DNA of 64,000 nt. It comes from Rhina ancylostomus. Lineage: Eukaryota. The stretch spans positions 30,409,120-30,473,119 of the forward strand of contig JARFYF010000022.1 of assembly GCA_030265395.1 (NCBI GenBank), written 5' to 3'. The translations under genes were made by a program, and so were the position numbers. Positions 25,246 through 37,309 of this stretch are shown here, one piece after another; within the stretch, counting starts at the first letter, position 1; each line of letters starts with the position of its first letter. The notes under the pieces were generated by a model. That model was given only the letters and a program-made list of their open reading frames with translations. It had not been told where the DNA came from and searched no databases.

Positions 25246-27429
25246 AAAACAAAAAATAAATACATTTAAATCTCAAGTGAAGAAGCCTTCTACTAGTCAG
25301 ACAAGAGCTGGATGATCCATTCCTTCCATGGTTATGTCTTCCTCACTGACCTCATGAATAACTTCTGCTTCTAGGGGTACAGATATGTGGAAAGGAAGTG
25401 GTTTTATTTAGAAATTAGTTAGAAATCTCATCATGTGGCTGTTAACCATAATGTCCCATTCACAAGCCTCACCCATCACACCATGGCAAGCCGCCAACAC
25501 AACTGTCAGACAGAGTCATAAGATTCCGTGTATTATTGTAATCCCATGCAACAGGAACAAGCTAATGTTGAAATTTTCCAACATGGAACAATGGCTTATT
25601 CAAGCAGCAGCCGAGAAACAAATATGGGACCTTTCTATTTTCCATAGCGTTGGATACTTCCGATATGAGTAAATGTACAGTCAATTATACCCCTTTATTC
25701 AGGCAGATTGCAGTCTAAATAAATCCTTTTATTAGACTGACCCACATCCTAATATTATACCAAAGTGAATTCCTACACAGTAAGCTCCACTGTGCAGGCC
25801 CACTGCCCATGGCTCAAACACTGACATTATCATCTGAAGACAGTCATATTTTGTTAAGTACCTAATGAATTTGCCAAAAGTTATATGATTTCTGAAAATG
25901 TGTGTTCACTTTGCATATCTTGATCCCAAATCCCAAAACAATCATTTACTCAGTTAATCAATTTGGATAAAACACAACAGAGGCACTTTTGATGCACAGA
26001 GTAATTAATTGATCCAACTTGTAAAGTGTGCTTAGGGCCTCTGATGAAGTTTACAGTAGGTTAACTATATTTAGAGGGACTGCCATTTAATCTGGATAAG
26101 ATGGAGAACACTTTTATGGTTGGTACTAGAATTGTTTAATATTGCATTTGGATCAGGGATTCTATACTGTAGGATGTGCTTTGTCCATTGAATCAGGTGT
26201 GCATTTATTTGCATACAACTTTATTATAGTTCTTATGATAAAATGCAGGACAAGAAAAAAAGCAAAGCAGAATCTAATATTGACGATTATTAGTGTCACT
26301 GGATTAAGAATTCACTGGAGAAAGAAAATAGCAAAAGAAAAAACAAGCAAGGAAATGTCTCTCTTGAAGAAAGAAGAACAGGTAAAAAAAATGTTCAAAA
26401 CATTAGCAAATGTAATAATGGGACACAGAAAAGTAAATGTGGCTAAGAGATAGAGTGGCACATTCCATTTTTAATGGATGGTGAGAAGGAGATTCTGCTG
26501 TAAAAAAATTACAGCAAGATGTTCTGCTCCTGCTTGGATTATGAGGCCAATTTCCATAGAGGAATAGTGTACGATATATTTGGAAAGTGGTCACCTCCTG
26601 AATGAACACTGTCCATTTGAAAAAAAGGCAGCATTGTTTAAGGAAGTTTTAAGGATAACCAACACTATCATGTAGTAGATTTAAGGTCAAGTCTTTACAC
26701 AGCCTTTGATTTCTTTCACTAAAAATTATGTCTATTGATATCTTAAGACATATTAGGGGCATAACTGAAAGCCTGGATGCATTCATATATTTCAAGGGCT
26801 TCATTACTGAATTTTGAGAATGCACTAATGTGATATTATTTGTCATGTATTTTGCAATATTCAGTGGGAAAGGTGATAAAAGTACAGTCGACCAAAGTGC
26901 CTTTCACCTTGTTGATCCATGTACTGCCTGATATTTCAGTGTCATTTAGGAATAATTGGTGAACACAGTGACTTTAAACAGTCTGATTGTGCTTTATGCC
27001 AAACTTGTTTAATATATCCTTCCTGCAGATAACAAATCTTTCTCTTGCTGAGTTGCAATAAGCTGAGGTGATTATCCTGAGTGCGTTAAAATCTGAATAG
27101 TATTGTTGGGTGTACTGAACACCCCGTAAGCCTCTTCTCCAACTATACCTCCTTCACCATGACAATGCTCTGAGTGAGATGTTTTGAAAACAAACACAAA
27201 CATTGAATACAAGATCTTCATTTGGGGTCAAAGATAATTCCCTTGTTCTTATTCCAAACAGTTGCACGGAGGAAATGTTTTAAAAGAGCAAACGGCATAA
27301 ACTTTAACTGAATCGTGGAAGATTTAAAATAGTTTCTGTAATTCTTTTGACTCAATGAGGCTCGCACAAAATTCCGTAAACAATTTACCTCACTAAAATG
27401 TCTTACCATACAGTATGAATGACGGGATG

Positions 27430-28120
27430 TTCTGGTGAGTCAATGTCATATAAATAAGAGCAGTAGTTTTGAGCACCACTCTATGAGGAAGGATATCAGG
27501 ACTGCATAGCTCAGATTTACTAAGATATTATTTGCCATTAGGAAATGCAAATTTGAAGAAGAAAATGAAAAATTGCATTGTTTTTTTTAGACTTTGAAAG
27601 ATAGCATCAAATTGATGGGTAGATTTTGAGTAGGATTGGAACTGATTACATTCTTAAAGCTGATTGTTATAAATACTGGTGATTTTGCACAGAGACCATT
27701 TATTAGGAGATCTGAAGGAAGTGCCATTGTTTTCACAATCTACATTAATGTTATGAGGAAATCAGCCAATGTGAATGTACTTTTCAGTCTGCAGTTGATA
27801 CAAATATATGTGCAACTGGTAGAATTATAGAGTAGAATATTCTTACTCCAGAATAGCATAATTTTCAGGGAGATTTCACTGAGGTCCTTAAAATAATGAA
27901 AGGACCAAACCGCGTGCACATGAATAGATTATTTCAACTCAATATAGTAGGGATAGCCAGGGAACATAATTACATAAGCAAAGAACTAGCTTAGATGTCA
28001 GCAAGCTTTTCTTTTTGCCTAGCTTTGGAACACGTTGCAAGTTCCTGCAGAGAGTGCAAATCACTACAAGTGGTCAAAAGGAAGCTGGATGAATTCCTAA
28101 CCATGGCTGATGTCCAGTCA
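27430..28120 (+). mobile_element. Old CR1-like LINE 3' fragments
   Basis: GCAGTAGTTTTGAGCACCACTCTATGAGGAAGGATAT…, AGGGAGATTTCACTGAGGTCCTTAAAATAATGAAAGG… and TCAAAAGGAAGCTGGATGAATTCCT (GDLIEVFKIMKG…FKRKLD motifs). Confidence 0.55.
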
Positions 28121-28839
28121 TAAAAAATGTAAGTCGTTTATTGGAACTGGCTGTCCACAGTTGGTGTTTTGGATTTCTTGAGTGATCTCTTAACATTTCA
28201 GGGTTATATGTTTCAGCAGCTTATCAGTCTAGAAAGCTACTTTTCAGAAAGATGCCCATATGCTTCTGTTACATTAGTGATCTGATTTACCCTCTTGAAC
28301 CCCCATATGTGGAAGTAGAAAAATATGAAAATAAAATTAAAACATTTTAATTCTCATCAAATTAAGTGAACTATTTAAATAAAAGTTAATGAATAGAGCC
28401 AGATCAAAAGATATGCTGCTTTAAGTTATTGAATCTGAACATTTTGCCATATCCCTAAAGGATATCAATATTTACCCACTAACAAGATTTTATTATAATT
28501 TGACCATAGGCCATTTATTGACTTAAAGATTGCAAAGTGTGAAATTTCTGAAATTAAAGCCTTGGAAAAATCTTTATTTGGGGAAAAGATAATAAGCACT
28601 CAAACTAACACACTGGTAACTGCAGACAGAATAGCTGAAATGATGTTAATAAACTGCTCCAATCTGTGAAAATGGTTACTATTTTGAAGCCACAGTCAAC
28701 TGAGTCTTGTTTACATGCAAAAATTATTGGCATGCAAAACAGACATAGAGACATTCCACTAATCAATAGCCCTTGAAAGACTGAAGACACTTACCTGTTA
28801 CCCCAGTAGGGACTGCACTAAAAATCTCCAAAAAAAAAC

Positions 28840-29450
28840 TGTTTCTAATATTTAAGTGCATTAAATCTATAATCCTGTGAACTAAATAAATCAGCTTTTA
28901 TTATCAGCAGAATAATATTGTTTTTTTAGCAACGCAGACTGAAAAATTAACATTACAGACGTCAAAGTCCAGTTTTTTTTATTTTACACCCATTTTTATC
29001 TTTTGCATTTGTCTCCCAAGAAAATGATTTGTTCTTGCTGCTTGTAAATAAGCCTCACATAACACTGTACATATTTTATCATATTAATTAAATTTACAAA
29101 ATATTCTTTTAGTATTTCATCCCAATTGCTGTTGCATAAAACATTAATCACCATCTGCCCTTGAGTACATGCCCTGCAGCAGTAATGGCATCTCAGCCAA
29201 CCCTTATGTTTTCTTACTGACCACTTAGGAAACTAAACAGGGATAAGGCACTTCAGGGAATGCAAGCAGATCCTAATTGAAAAATACTCTCTTTTTGCTG
29301 CATTAAACCATATCGAAGTGCAGACTAATGAGACTTGACCTTTTATAATAATTTACCATAAGATATTGCATTCTCAAAAACAGTAATTCTATTAAATGAG
29401 GAGGAAAAAAAGCCAAGCACACACATGCAAGACTGTAGTTTAGGCTAAAC
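28840..29450. promoter_or_regulatory. Candidate conserved non-coding block
   Basis: TE-free and rich in homeodomain motifs; GACGTCA overlaps HNF4-like CAAAGTCCA at 28963-28971. Confidence 0.3.
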
Positions 29451-30279
29451 AAATTTTTTTTAAATGTTTTCTGGTGGTTGCCTTTGTTTTAAAATAGTTT
29501 TATNNNNNNNNNNTGTATGCAAAGCAAGCTCTTGTTCCCATTTTTTTAAAATGTTTTCTCGCTCTCTTTCTCATTTGTTAAGTAGGCCACTCATTTCTGC
29601 TGAAAAGTTTGCTTCAGTTCCTGTTACTATTGTCTATAAGGCATGGTTTCAATAAAACATGTAATAAACTGAGACATTCTGCATTATATTGAAGACCCAG
29701 GCATTATTATGGACTACAGGCTCTTGACATACAAAACTGTAGGGCAGCTGCTTGATATTTTGCAAACAACTGATATGTTTCTTTTTTAAGAGAAACAAGA
29801 GAGAGTAAGGGAAGACTTTTGGTTCCTTAATCTGTCTTAGTAAAGACCTACGTAGGTCAGTAAGATAATATAGCAGCATTTCCATTCTATCCAAAGACAA
29901 GGTCAGCAATCTTCAGTTTATTATTAGAATACTGTTAATTAAGCAATCTTGCAAGTATAATTATTCATGATCATATTTCCAAACAGTACTTCAGCTGGCT
30001 GAAAGACATTACCACCAAGCTTGCTGCAACACATATTTGGTACCTTAAATTGTGGTACAGATTTTGCATATTGCAATATGATGACAGGGTTCTGAGAATA
30101 CCATAAAGGGATAATCAACTTTTAACTTTTATTCTACTTCCATTCAGCAATATTCTTCCTTATAATTCACATAATGATCACTTAAAAAATAGCCTGTGAT
30201 GAAAAAGTGTCTCCAGCATTCTTCTCAAGAAAAGCCATTCATTGTAGGAAAGGTTGTAGCTGACCTTTTCCTGACATGG

Positions 30280-30875
30280 CAGAGGAAGAAACAAAGGGGA
30301 AAGGAGATAATGGAGAAACGAAGCATAAGAAGATGGAAAATTGAATCAGAAAAAGTGGAGTAAAACAAATGAATAAATGAAACGTGAAAAATTTGATGCA
30401 CAAAGTAATTGAAACTGTGAGAAATAAGAGAAGAAACACCAAAAAAGAGAAATTGGTAGAATTTGACAAAGTTGAAGGAAAATGACTATAAATAAAAGAA
30501 CTAGTCAAAGATGAAGAGAATGAGGTGAAGGAAATATAAGAAAGCGAATTAAGTTAAAAAATAAACACAGGAAAAAATGCGAGGAAGAAATACTGAAAAA
30601 AGGACATCAGAAAAACAACAGAGAATGTGAGAGTAAATAATTGAGAGGAACTCATAGTTAAACACTTAGAAAGCAATGAAAGATGTGTGAGAAATAGAAG
30701 AGAATGAAGCAAACTGAAAATGAGAGAGAAAGGGAAAAGAAGGTAGGAGAGTCATTTGAGAGAAGCAAAAAGAATTTGGGAAAGAGACAAATAATCCAAA
30801 ACAAAAGGAGAAAATTTGTGATAATTTGAAACAGAAAAGAAAACAAAAAGTATTAAATTAAAATAAAGAAAGTGT
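30280..30875 (+). repeat. Purine (A/G)-rich low-complexity tract, about 600 bp
   Basis: Almost all GAAA/AGAA/GGAA words with very few C. It is pyrimidine-rich on the SOX6 sense strand. Confidence 0.85.
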
Positions 30876-31890
30876 AAATCATGATTTAAATGTGGCTTTC
30901 AAATGAACCAGTTAGATTTTAGAACAGTAAATGGTCACTGTCAGCTGAAAAAAAATGATACTTTTATAAACAAAATAAAAAGGCTTTGTTTAACCTTCCA
31001 GATGCAGCTATGTCAAATCATTTTAGAAGTAACATTTTTTTCAGTGAACATAAATTTTAATAGGCAATAAAGCATCCAAGTCCTGTTTTGTAGTGAACTT
31101 GACTTAGCAATTTCATGTGTCCTTCTAGGGGAAACTAATTCCCTTCAGACTTGCTTTGTCTCATTATAATAAACATTATGTTGCAACATCCAGTTCTCAA
31201 TTGCAATAGAGCACCAACATTTTAGGACAATTTCTTTAAGCAGCTTCCAATAATCTGACAGAGTGCAATCATTGTATGCATTTCTTTTTCTTTGTTTCTT
31301 CATTTCTTCGACTGCAATAAACATGAGGAGATTTATAAGTAACAAGTAAGGCTTGAAATAAGTTTATAGTGAAACTGTAAGCCTAATAGAATCTAAATGA
31401 GCTGATTCCAAATGTCAAGTTGCTAATCTGTTCTAAAGTTTGGAAGCATTGCAATAAAGCAGAGTAATGCTGGGATTAGTACTTTGGTAATTTTTCCCTC
31501 ATGGACACTATTGCCTTCTACAACCTTACCCAGGTAACAATGATATGCGAGTTCAGTTAGATTTCTTCACACTGAAGCAAGCCTTGTCCTCACCTGGCAT
31601 CCCACTGAAAACAGAAACTCATCAGAAGCAGAATCCCTGGTTGATTTCTTTTCCATCTTGTTTAGAGCATTGAAAAAAGAAATACAGCAAATCTTACTAT
31701 TCTACCAGCTAAGATTTTCTTAGAAAAGACTGGGCGCTGAATCTGGGATGGTTGGTACAAATGGTCTTAATTCTATATGGGATAGTGTATTTATGAATTA
31801 AGAAATTAGAAGTGCCTCTGTTCCATTTTTTATAGTAAATATAAATTGTACATTGTTAATATAAATAAGACCTCGTGTTCTAAAGCAACT

Positions 31891-31930
31891 GAACTCCAAG
31901 ACAACTTCAAGACTCCAAGAACTCCAAAGA
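31891..31930 (+). repeat. Short imperfect tandem repeat (ACTCCAAGA) x about 4
   Basis: GAACTCCAAGACAACTTCAAGACTCCAAGAACTCCAAAGA. Confidence 0.7.
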
Positions 31931-32095
31931 ATAATGAAATTCCTCACACATTTCCCAAATCTTGCCAATCATGATTAGATGTTTTAATGCATTCCTCCAG
32001 CAAAATGTACAGTGGGTTTGTAATATACTAATATAAATTCTTGACTATGTTTTGATAACCACTATTTTTCCAAATCTGGGACCAAATTCCTAATT

Positions 32096-32318
32096 AAAAA
32101 AAATAAAAATAGAAAATACCGTAAATCCTCAGAGGGTCAGGCTGTGTTTGTAGAGAAGGAAATAAGTCAACATTTTGGGCTGATTTCTCATCTGATGATT
32201 GATCATCAACCTGAAGCATTAACTTTGCTTTCTTTCTCCACAGATGCTGCCTAATCTGCTGAATATTTCCAGCATTTTCTGTTTTTATTTCCAATTTCCA
32301 GCACCTGCAATTTGTTTC
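32096..32318. mobile_element. Inverted (back-to-back) pair of Penelope-type hammerhead-motif repeats
   Basis: The left arm is the reverse complement of the family consensus. The right arm is CTGATGA…CCTGAAGCATTAACT…CCACAGATGCTGCCTAATCTGCTGAATATTTCCAGCATTTTCTG. Centre TCATC-T-GATGA at 32188-32198. Confidence 0.8.
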
Positions 32319-32599
32319 CTTTTTAATTACTCCATGTTTTTCACCTCTTCCATTATGCAATCATACAAAATTTTGTGGAAAACACCTTCTTGTGATGCCA
32401 TTTATTTTTTACGGACATAAGCATTTATTACATTTCGGTCTTACTTCCATTTACTTTGCTTATTAAGTTGGAATGGTACCTTTAAGTATTTATTGGTATA
32501 GCACTACATTGCCTTTACTAAAGCATTTTAGGATACATGCTGATTATTGACACACAAGCTTTCAGTTCAGGTCCAACTTTGAGTCTCATTTGGTGAGGA

Positions 32600-34300
32600 G
32601 GAATATTTCTGCTAAATAAATTTTCAGTTGCACAAACATTTTCAACCGTTTATCGTATCATTTCCCCTTAGTGACAAAGAAACAAACAGATAAAATTATC
32701 AGTGAAGGATTACTATAACAGCGGCAAAGCAATAAAAAATGCAATATTTCATCACAATACTTTCAAGGCATCGATAGACTTCCATTATCATATAACTGAT
32801 GGACTTGCTTAAGACATATTGTTTGCAATTCACACTCATAGATTGCACTGTGAGTGTTTTCTTAAGAACCCTAATAGCCTATTGATAAATTACTGTTAAT
32901 TTCCAAACAGACAAAAAGCAATATTGAAATAGTCAATAGTTAAAGACTGTAACACAATCTCTTAGTTGAGGTAACTTACACAAATCACTTCAGCTTTACC
33001 TTTGCTCTTTACAATGTCATTTGAACCCCTTGGCTGTTTTATTCTCTGGCAACTTTTTGGTACTTTATCCGTTACTGACACTTGTTAAAATGTAAAAAAA
33101 AACTAAACTGAAGGCCAGTAATATGGAAGGTTTCAAGCCAAGTGCAGTTAATTTTGTTAATGCTCTCATTGTCCATTTCAAATAATTAGTTAAGAAGTTG
33201 GAAAGGCTTCAGTAAAGAGTAATTGCCTTCTGTAAGAACTATGCTTTACTGAACTACACGGTGATAAAAATTGTAATCAAAATTATAATCTCAAACTTTC
33301 AAGGAATAGCAAGGAAAAAAAATCAACATTTGCTCAGCTATGATGAAGTTGCATCACAATAGAGAATAGAACATACATCAAGTGTTTTCAAATCCCTCAT
33401 AATCATCGTCTAATTGAATGCAAGACAAAAAGGTCTAATTGCAAGGGAGCAATCTGAATGCAATAGGCTAGACTCAGCCAGTTTAGCACAATGCAAGGAA
33501 AACAAAATTCTCTCTGTACAACAGAATCTGATCTCTCATTTTCAGGCAATTACCCTTTTCTTGTCAACAGTTTTAATAACCTCCATCATCTCTGAAAAGA
33601 CTTTAGTTCAGTTAAATAATTTCAGGCCTCTTTAATATGCAAATGTAGTTCATATGCATGGGTGAAGTGCCTGCACTATTTGACATGTGTCAGTACTTTG
33701 TGGAGCACCTGCACCTCAGGGAATTCTGATTTCAATGCTGCCAAATATCCGTCATTATTCCACTTAATGAATACAACTAATAGTCACCTGTAGGTTTTCG
33801 TTTAGGTGGTGCCCAGATCACCAATAGCAACTGTGCAGATTGTCTATAAATAGACAATGCTTACATACGAAACCCATCATGTGTAATAGTAGAGTTCATT
33901 TTCCAGTGGGATATAAGTCAAAATTAGAGCGACACAATGCTTCAGACTCAAAACACTATACTTCAGAAACTGTTCTATTCTAGAGTCCCTTTTAAGTGTC
34001 AATAAAAAAATACTATGCAGTTCACAGAGGCGCTTTGCAAAAAAAATTCTGTTATTCATTTCCTAAATTCTCCAGAATGTGAAGCACTTAAATACAAGCT
34101 GTTGCAAATGATAAATGGCAGAGAAAAAAATAAAACAGGTACATTAATATTAATCAAAGCAAACCCTCCAGTTAAAATTAACAAAAGTACAGTGGATATA
34201 GACAGAAACAGTTTGTGATTTCCAATTTCTATCGGCTTTAGAGAGTTACTTATTTATCAGGTATGCAATTAAGTGAAGTTGTCTGTAGCTCCAGTATTGC
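32600..34300. promoter_or_regulatory. Candidate conserved non-coding (enhancer) block
   Basis: No recognisable TE over about 1.7 kb, dense TAAT/ATTA words, and octamer ATGCAAAT at 33637-33644. Conservation itself is not visible from one sequence. Confidence 0.4.
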
Positions 34301-35040
34301 CTGCCCTATACTTTCACCAGATGTTCTTTATAAAGGCTGCCATATAACTTTACATGATATATTTCATCCTCAATGATAACAAGAACTTTTTATCATAAAT
34401 CACTTCCACAAGGATGCCTGCATTTTTGAGTGCAATAATGATGTGATCTTTTAGGAGCAGCTTAAGATGTCAACATTAGGACAGGAGACGTAAAGACATG
34501 GATAAGAACACAAATACTGACTTATTTGAACTTGGGAAATTTTGGTTGTTTTAATATGCACTTGTGAGTTTGTTCCTTTCAATACTGAGATAGAAAATAG
34601 GACTGTCCTGTTTCATTAAGGTGGAAAAAGGCAACTGCAGCTTTTAACCATTCTGATTTGGTTTAACTTAATGGGAGGCTACTGCACATTTTTGAAGCGA
34701 TCTAGTTTTCAAATTTTGACTAAAGCTTGATGGGTATTTAGCTTAAAAAAACATTACATTACACCAATTGAAGTACTGAGTTACAGTAACTCTCTTCACT
34801 TGAAAACTGGTTATGAGGCTCCACTGGCCAGTTGCCATCTTTTAGGTACTTAAGCCAGGGAGGGGGTTGCCAGCTCTTGACAAACTATATATTAGAACTT
34901 AGGTTTTACTGTCCAAAAACTAGAGTTTCAATAGAAAAACTCCAGATATATTCCAAAGTAACACTGAATTTTTATTGGAGCAAAGGCTGAGTATTTAGAA
35001 ACTCATCCATCACACAAAAGATAGCACAAGTTAATAATAA

Positions 35041-35450
35041 TCATAGAGTAATACTGCACAGAAACAGGCCCTTCTGCCCAACTTTTCCATGCCAACCAAG
35101 ATGTCTACTTGAGCTAGTCCCATTTTCCCATGTTTGGCCATATCCTTCGAAACTTTTCCTAGCCACATACCTGTGTAAATGTCTTTTAAATGTTATAATT
35201 CTACCCGCCTTTACCACTTCCCCTGGCAGCACATTCCATATACTCACCGCCCTCTGTTTGAAAAAGTCGTCCTTCAGATTCCTTTTAAATCTTCCCCCTC
35301 TCACTTTAAACCTATGCCCTCTGGCTTTACGTTCCCCTACTGTGGGAAAAAGACTGTGACCATTCATCTTATCCATGCCCCTCGTGATTTTATAAACCTC
35401 TAAGGTCACCCCTCAGCCTCCTACGCTCCAGGGAAAAATGTTCCAGCCTA
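35041..35450 (-). mobile_element. CR1/HER1 LINE 3' end
   Basis: ORF 35041-35409 reads LEVYKITRGMDKMNGHSLFP…RGHRFKVRGGRFKRNLKDDFFKQRAVSIWNVLPGEVVKAGRIITFKRHL, the canonical CR1 ORF2 C-terminus, followed by the 3'UTR. Confidence 0.92.
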
Positions 35451-35689
35451 ATGACGTCTCAGATTAATGAAAAATTAATCAAGATACCAAGTAATTGCAG
35501 GTATCATTTGCAACATTAAAAGAAATGTAATGATGAGAAGGAAGGAAAATAATAACAACATTTCATTTCCATTGAGAAAGAAAAGCAGGAAGTACATTTT
35601 AGGTTACATACAAACATTACCAGAATAACAGTGATTTTTAGAAGTAATTTTATTTGTTGCAGATTCAATGGGGCAGTTGTGACCTATGT

Positions 35690-35925
35690 AGCACTCTCAT
35701 CTATTATGGGCTTGAGCACAAAGATGCCATGGCACTATTTCAAAGATGAACATAGTGCCAACCTCAGAGTCCTGGACTATGTTTATTACTCACACAACAC
35801 AATTTGAAAATAAGATTATTTTATCAATATGACCTTCTGGTTTTGGCGAGTTTGTTTTGCATGAATTGGCATATTTTCTACAATGCCAGCATAACCAAAA
35901 TATTTTAATGGCTTCACAGTTCCAA
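35690..35925 (+). mobile_element. DeuSINE (SacSINE1/AmnSINE1-like) fragment
   Basis: Deu-domain AAGATGCCATGGCACTATTTCAAAGA…GTCCTGGACTATGTTTAT…AGATTAT…TTTGCATGAATTGGC. Confidence 0.7.
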
Positions 35926-36124
35926 AGGTGTGCGTGTAACTCTATTTTTCACTGGTTCTAGAGGGTAAAGAAATTCAGCTTATTGCCTATTGATAGATTT
36001 GCTTATGGCAAATAGTTTGCAACTAGCAAGCCTGCTTTCTGCATAATATCCATGGGTGTTGTGTTCATTTTCACTCATGTTCTCTTTGGACATAGGCTCA
36101 TTGAGTTAGTACCAGCTTTCAGTG

Positions 36125-36362
36125 CATTCATTTCACACATGCATCAATTCCACCCTGATTCTCCAGTCATTTGCCTGCACAGGGGTCAATTTACCGTAGC
36201 CAATTAACCTACCAGCACATCTTTGAAATGTGCGAGAAAACCAGAGTACCCTGAAGAAATCCACACCATCGTAGACGGAAAGTACAAACTCCATTAAGGC
36301 AGCACCCAGGGTTGTTGGAACTGTGTGCCAACAATAGTAATTGCTGCACCACCATGCTGCCC
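36125..36362 (-). mobile_element. HE1-like V-SINE
   Basis: Reverse complement of the V-SINE: AATTTACCGTAGCCAATTAACCTACCAGCACATCTTTG…GAGAAAACCAGAGTACCCTGAAGAAATCCACAC…TACAAACTCCA…CTGCACCACCATGCTGCCC. Confidence 0.85.
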
Positions 36363-36559
36363 TTGGACATTTTTGGAAATGTTTCGGAAACTTTTGTCCC
36401 CCTTTTCACTGAAAGAAGTTAAGTAAAATGAGACACCAAAATTTATTCACCCAAGTTTAGTAAAGATAGGTCTTGAGTAAAATGTTGTGTTCCTTGAAAA
36501 TTACAAGCAATATAGTATGTTATTAAAATGGTACCATGGCTGATTTTATGAAAACAGAT

Positions 36560-36965
36560 TGCCTCAATGTGCCTGGTTGTATTGCATTGAGTTTAATAAG
36601 TTAAAGATTGATCTAATTGTGGTGTTTAAAATGTGAGAAGGATTCAGTAGAGTAAATGCAGTGAAACTATTTCTTCTGTTGGTGAACCACAGATGAGAGC
36701 ACATACTAGAATTAGAGAGAGGCCAGTTAGAGATGAAATTTGGAAGTATTTCTTTACACAAATGGTAGAAAATTTGAAATTTTTTGTCTGTAAAAGCTTG
36801 TCAATACTCAGGAAAATAGATCTTTGAAAACAGAGTAAAAGGGTTNNNNNNNNNNAGGGGATCAAGGAATATGGAGCAAAAGGGCTGAGGTACAGACCGA
36901 TCAAAATCAAACTGAAATGATGAAGAAGACTGAAGGAACTGAAGTTTGTTTCCAACTTTCTTTAT
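36560..36965 (+). mobile_element. CR1 LINE 3' end, decayed
   Basis: TTGATCTAATTGTGGTGTTTAAAATG…AACTATTTCTTCTGTTGGTGAACCACAG…TTCTTTACACAAATGGTAG…GGGATCAAGGAATATGGAGCAAAAG. Confidence 0.7.
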
Positions 36966-37309
36966 ACTTCAAATAGAAATCACCTTAAAAAATTGGAAAT
37001 TGTTTTTTTTTTACTTTCTTCAGTTGGACTGTCAAATTTGGATGAATGATAAATGATTGAGTTGAAAGTTTAAATATCAATTTTAAAAGTTGCAAGATTA
37101 AAAAAAAGTTTTCCTTTGACCTTCGCTATTTTTCTGTTCAGGAAAATTTTATAAAATTAAATATATTCTTGTTAATTTAGTCAGAAATTGGAGATATTTG
37201 GGATTGGCAGAATCAACCTATTCTGCAGTCTCAGACTGGGCAAAAAATGTAAACAAAAGTATGCAGCACAGAGCAAATGCAGAGTTAGTAAAAACTTGTA
37301 AAAAAATTA

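Noticed and set aside
30239-30846. Phe/Leu/Ser-rich 'membrane protein' ORFs
   Set aside because: These are a translation artefact of the T/C-rich low-complexity strand.
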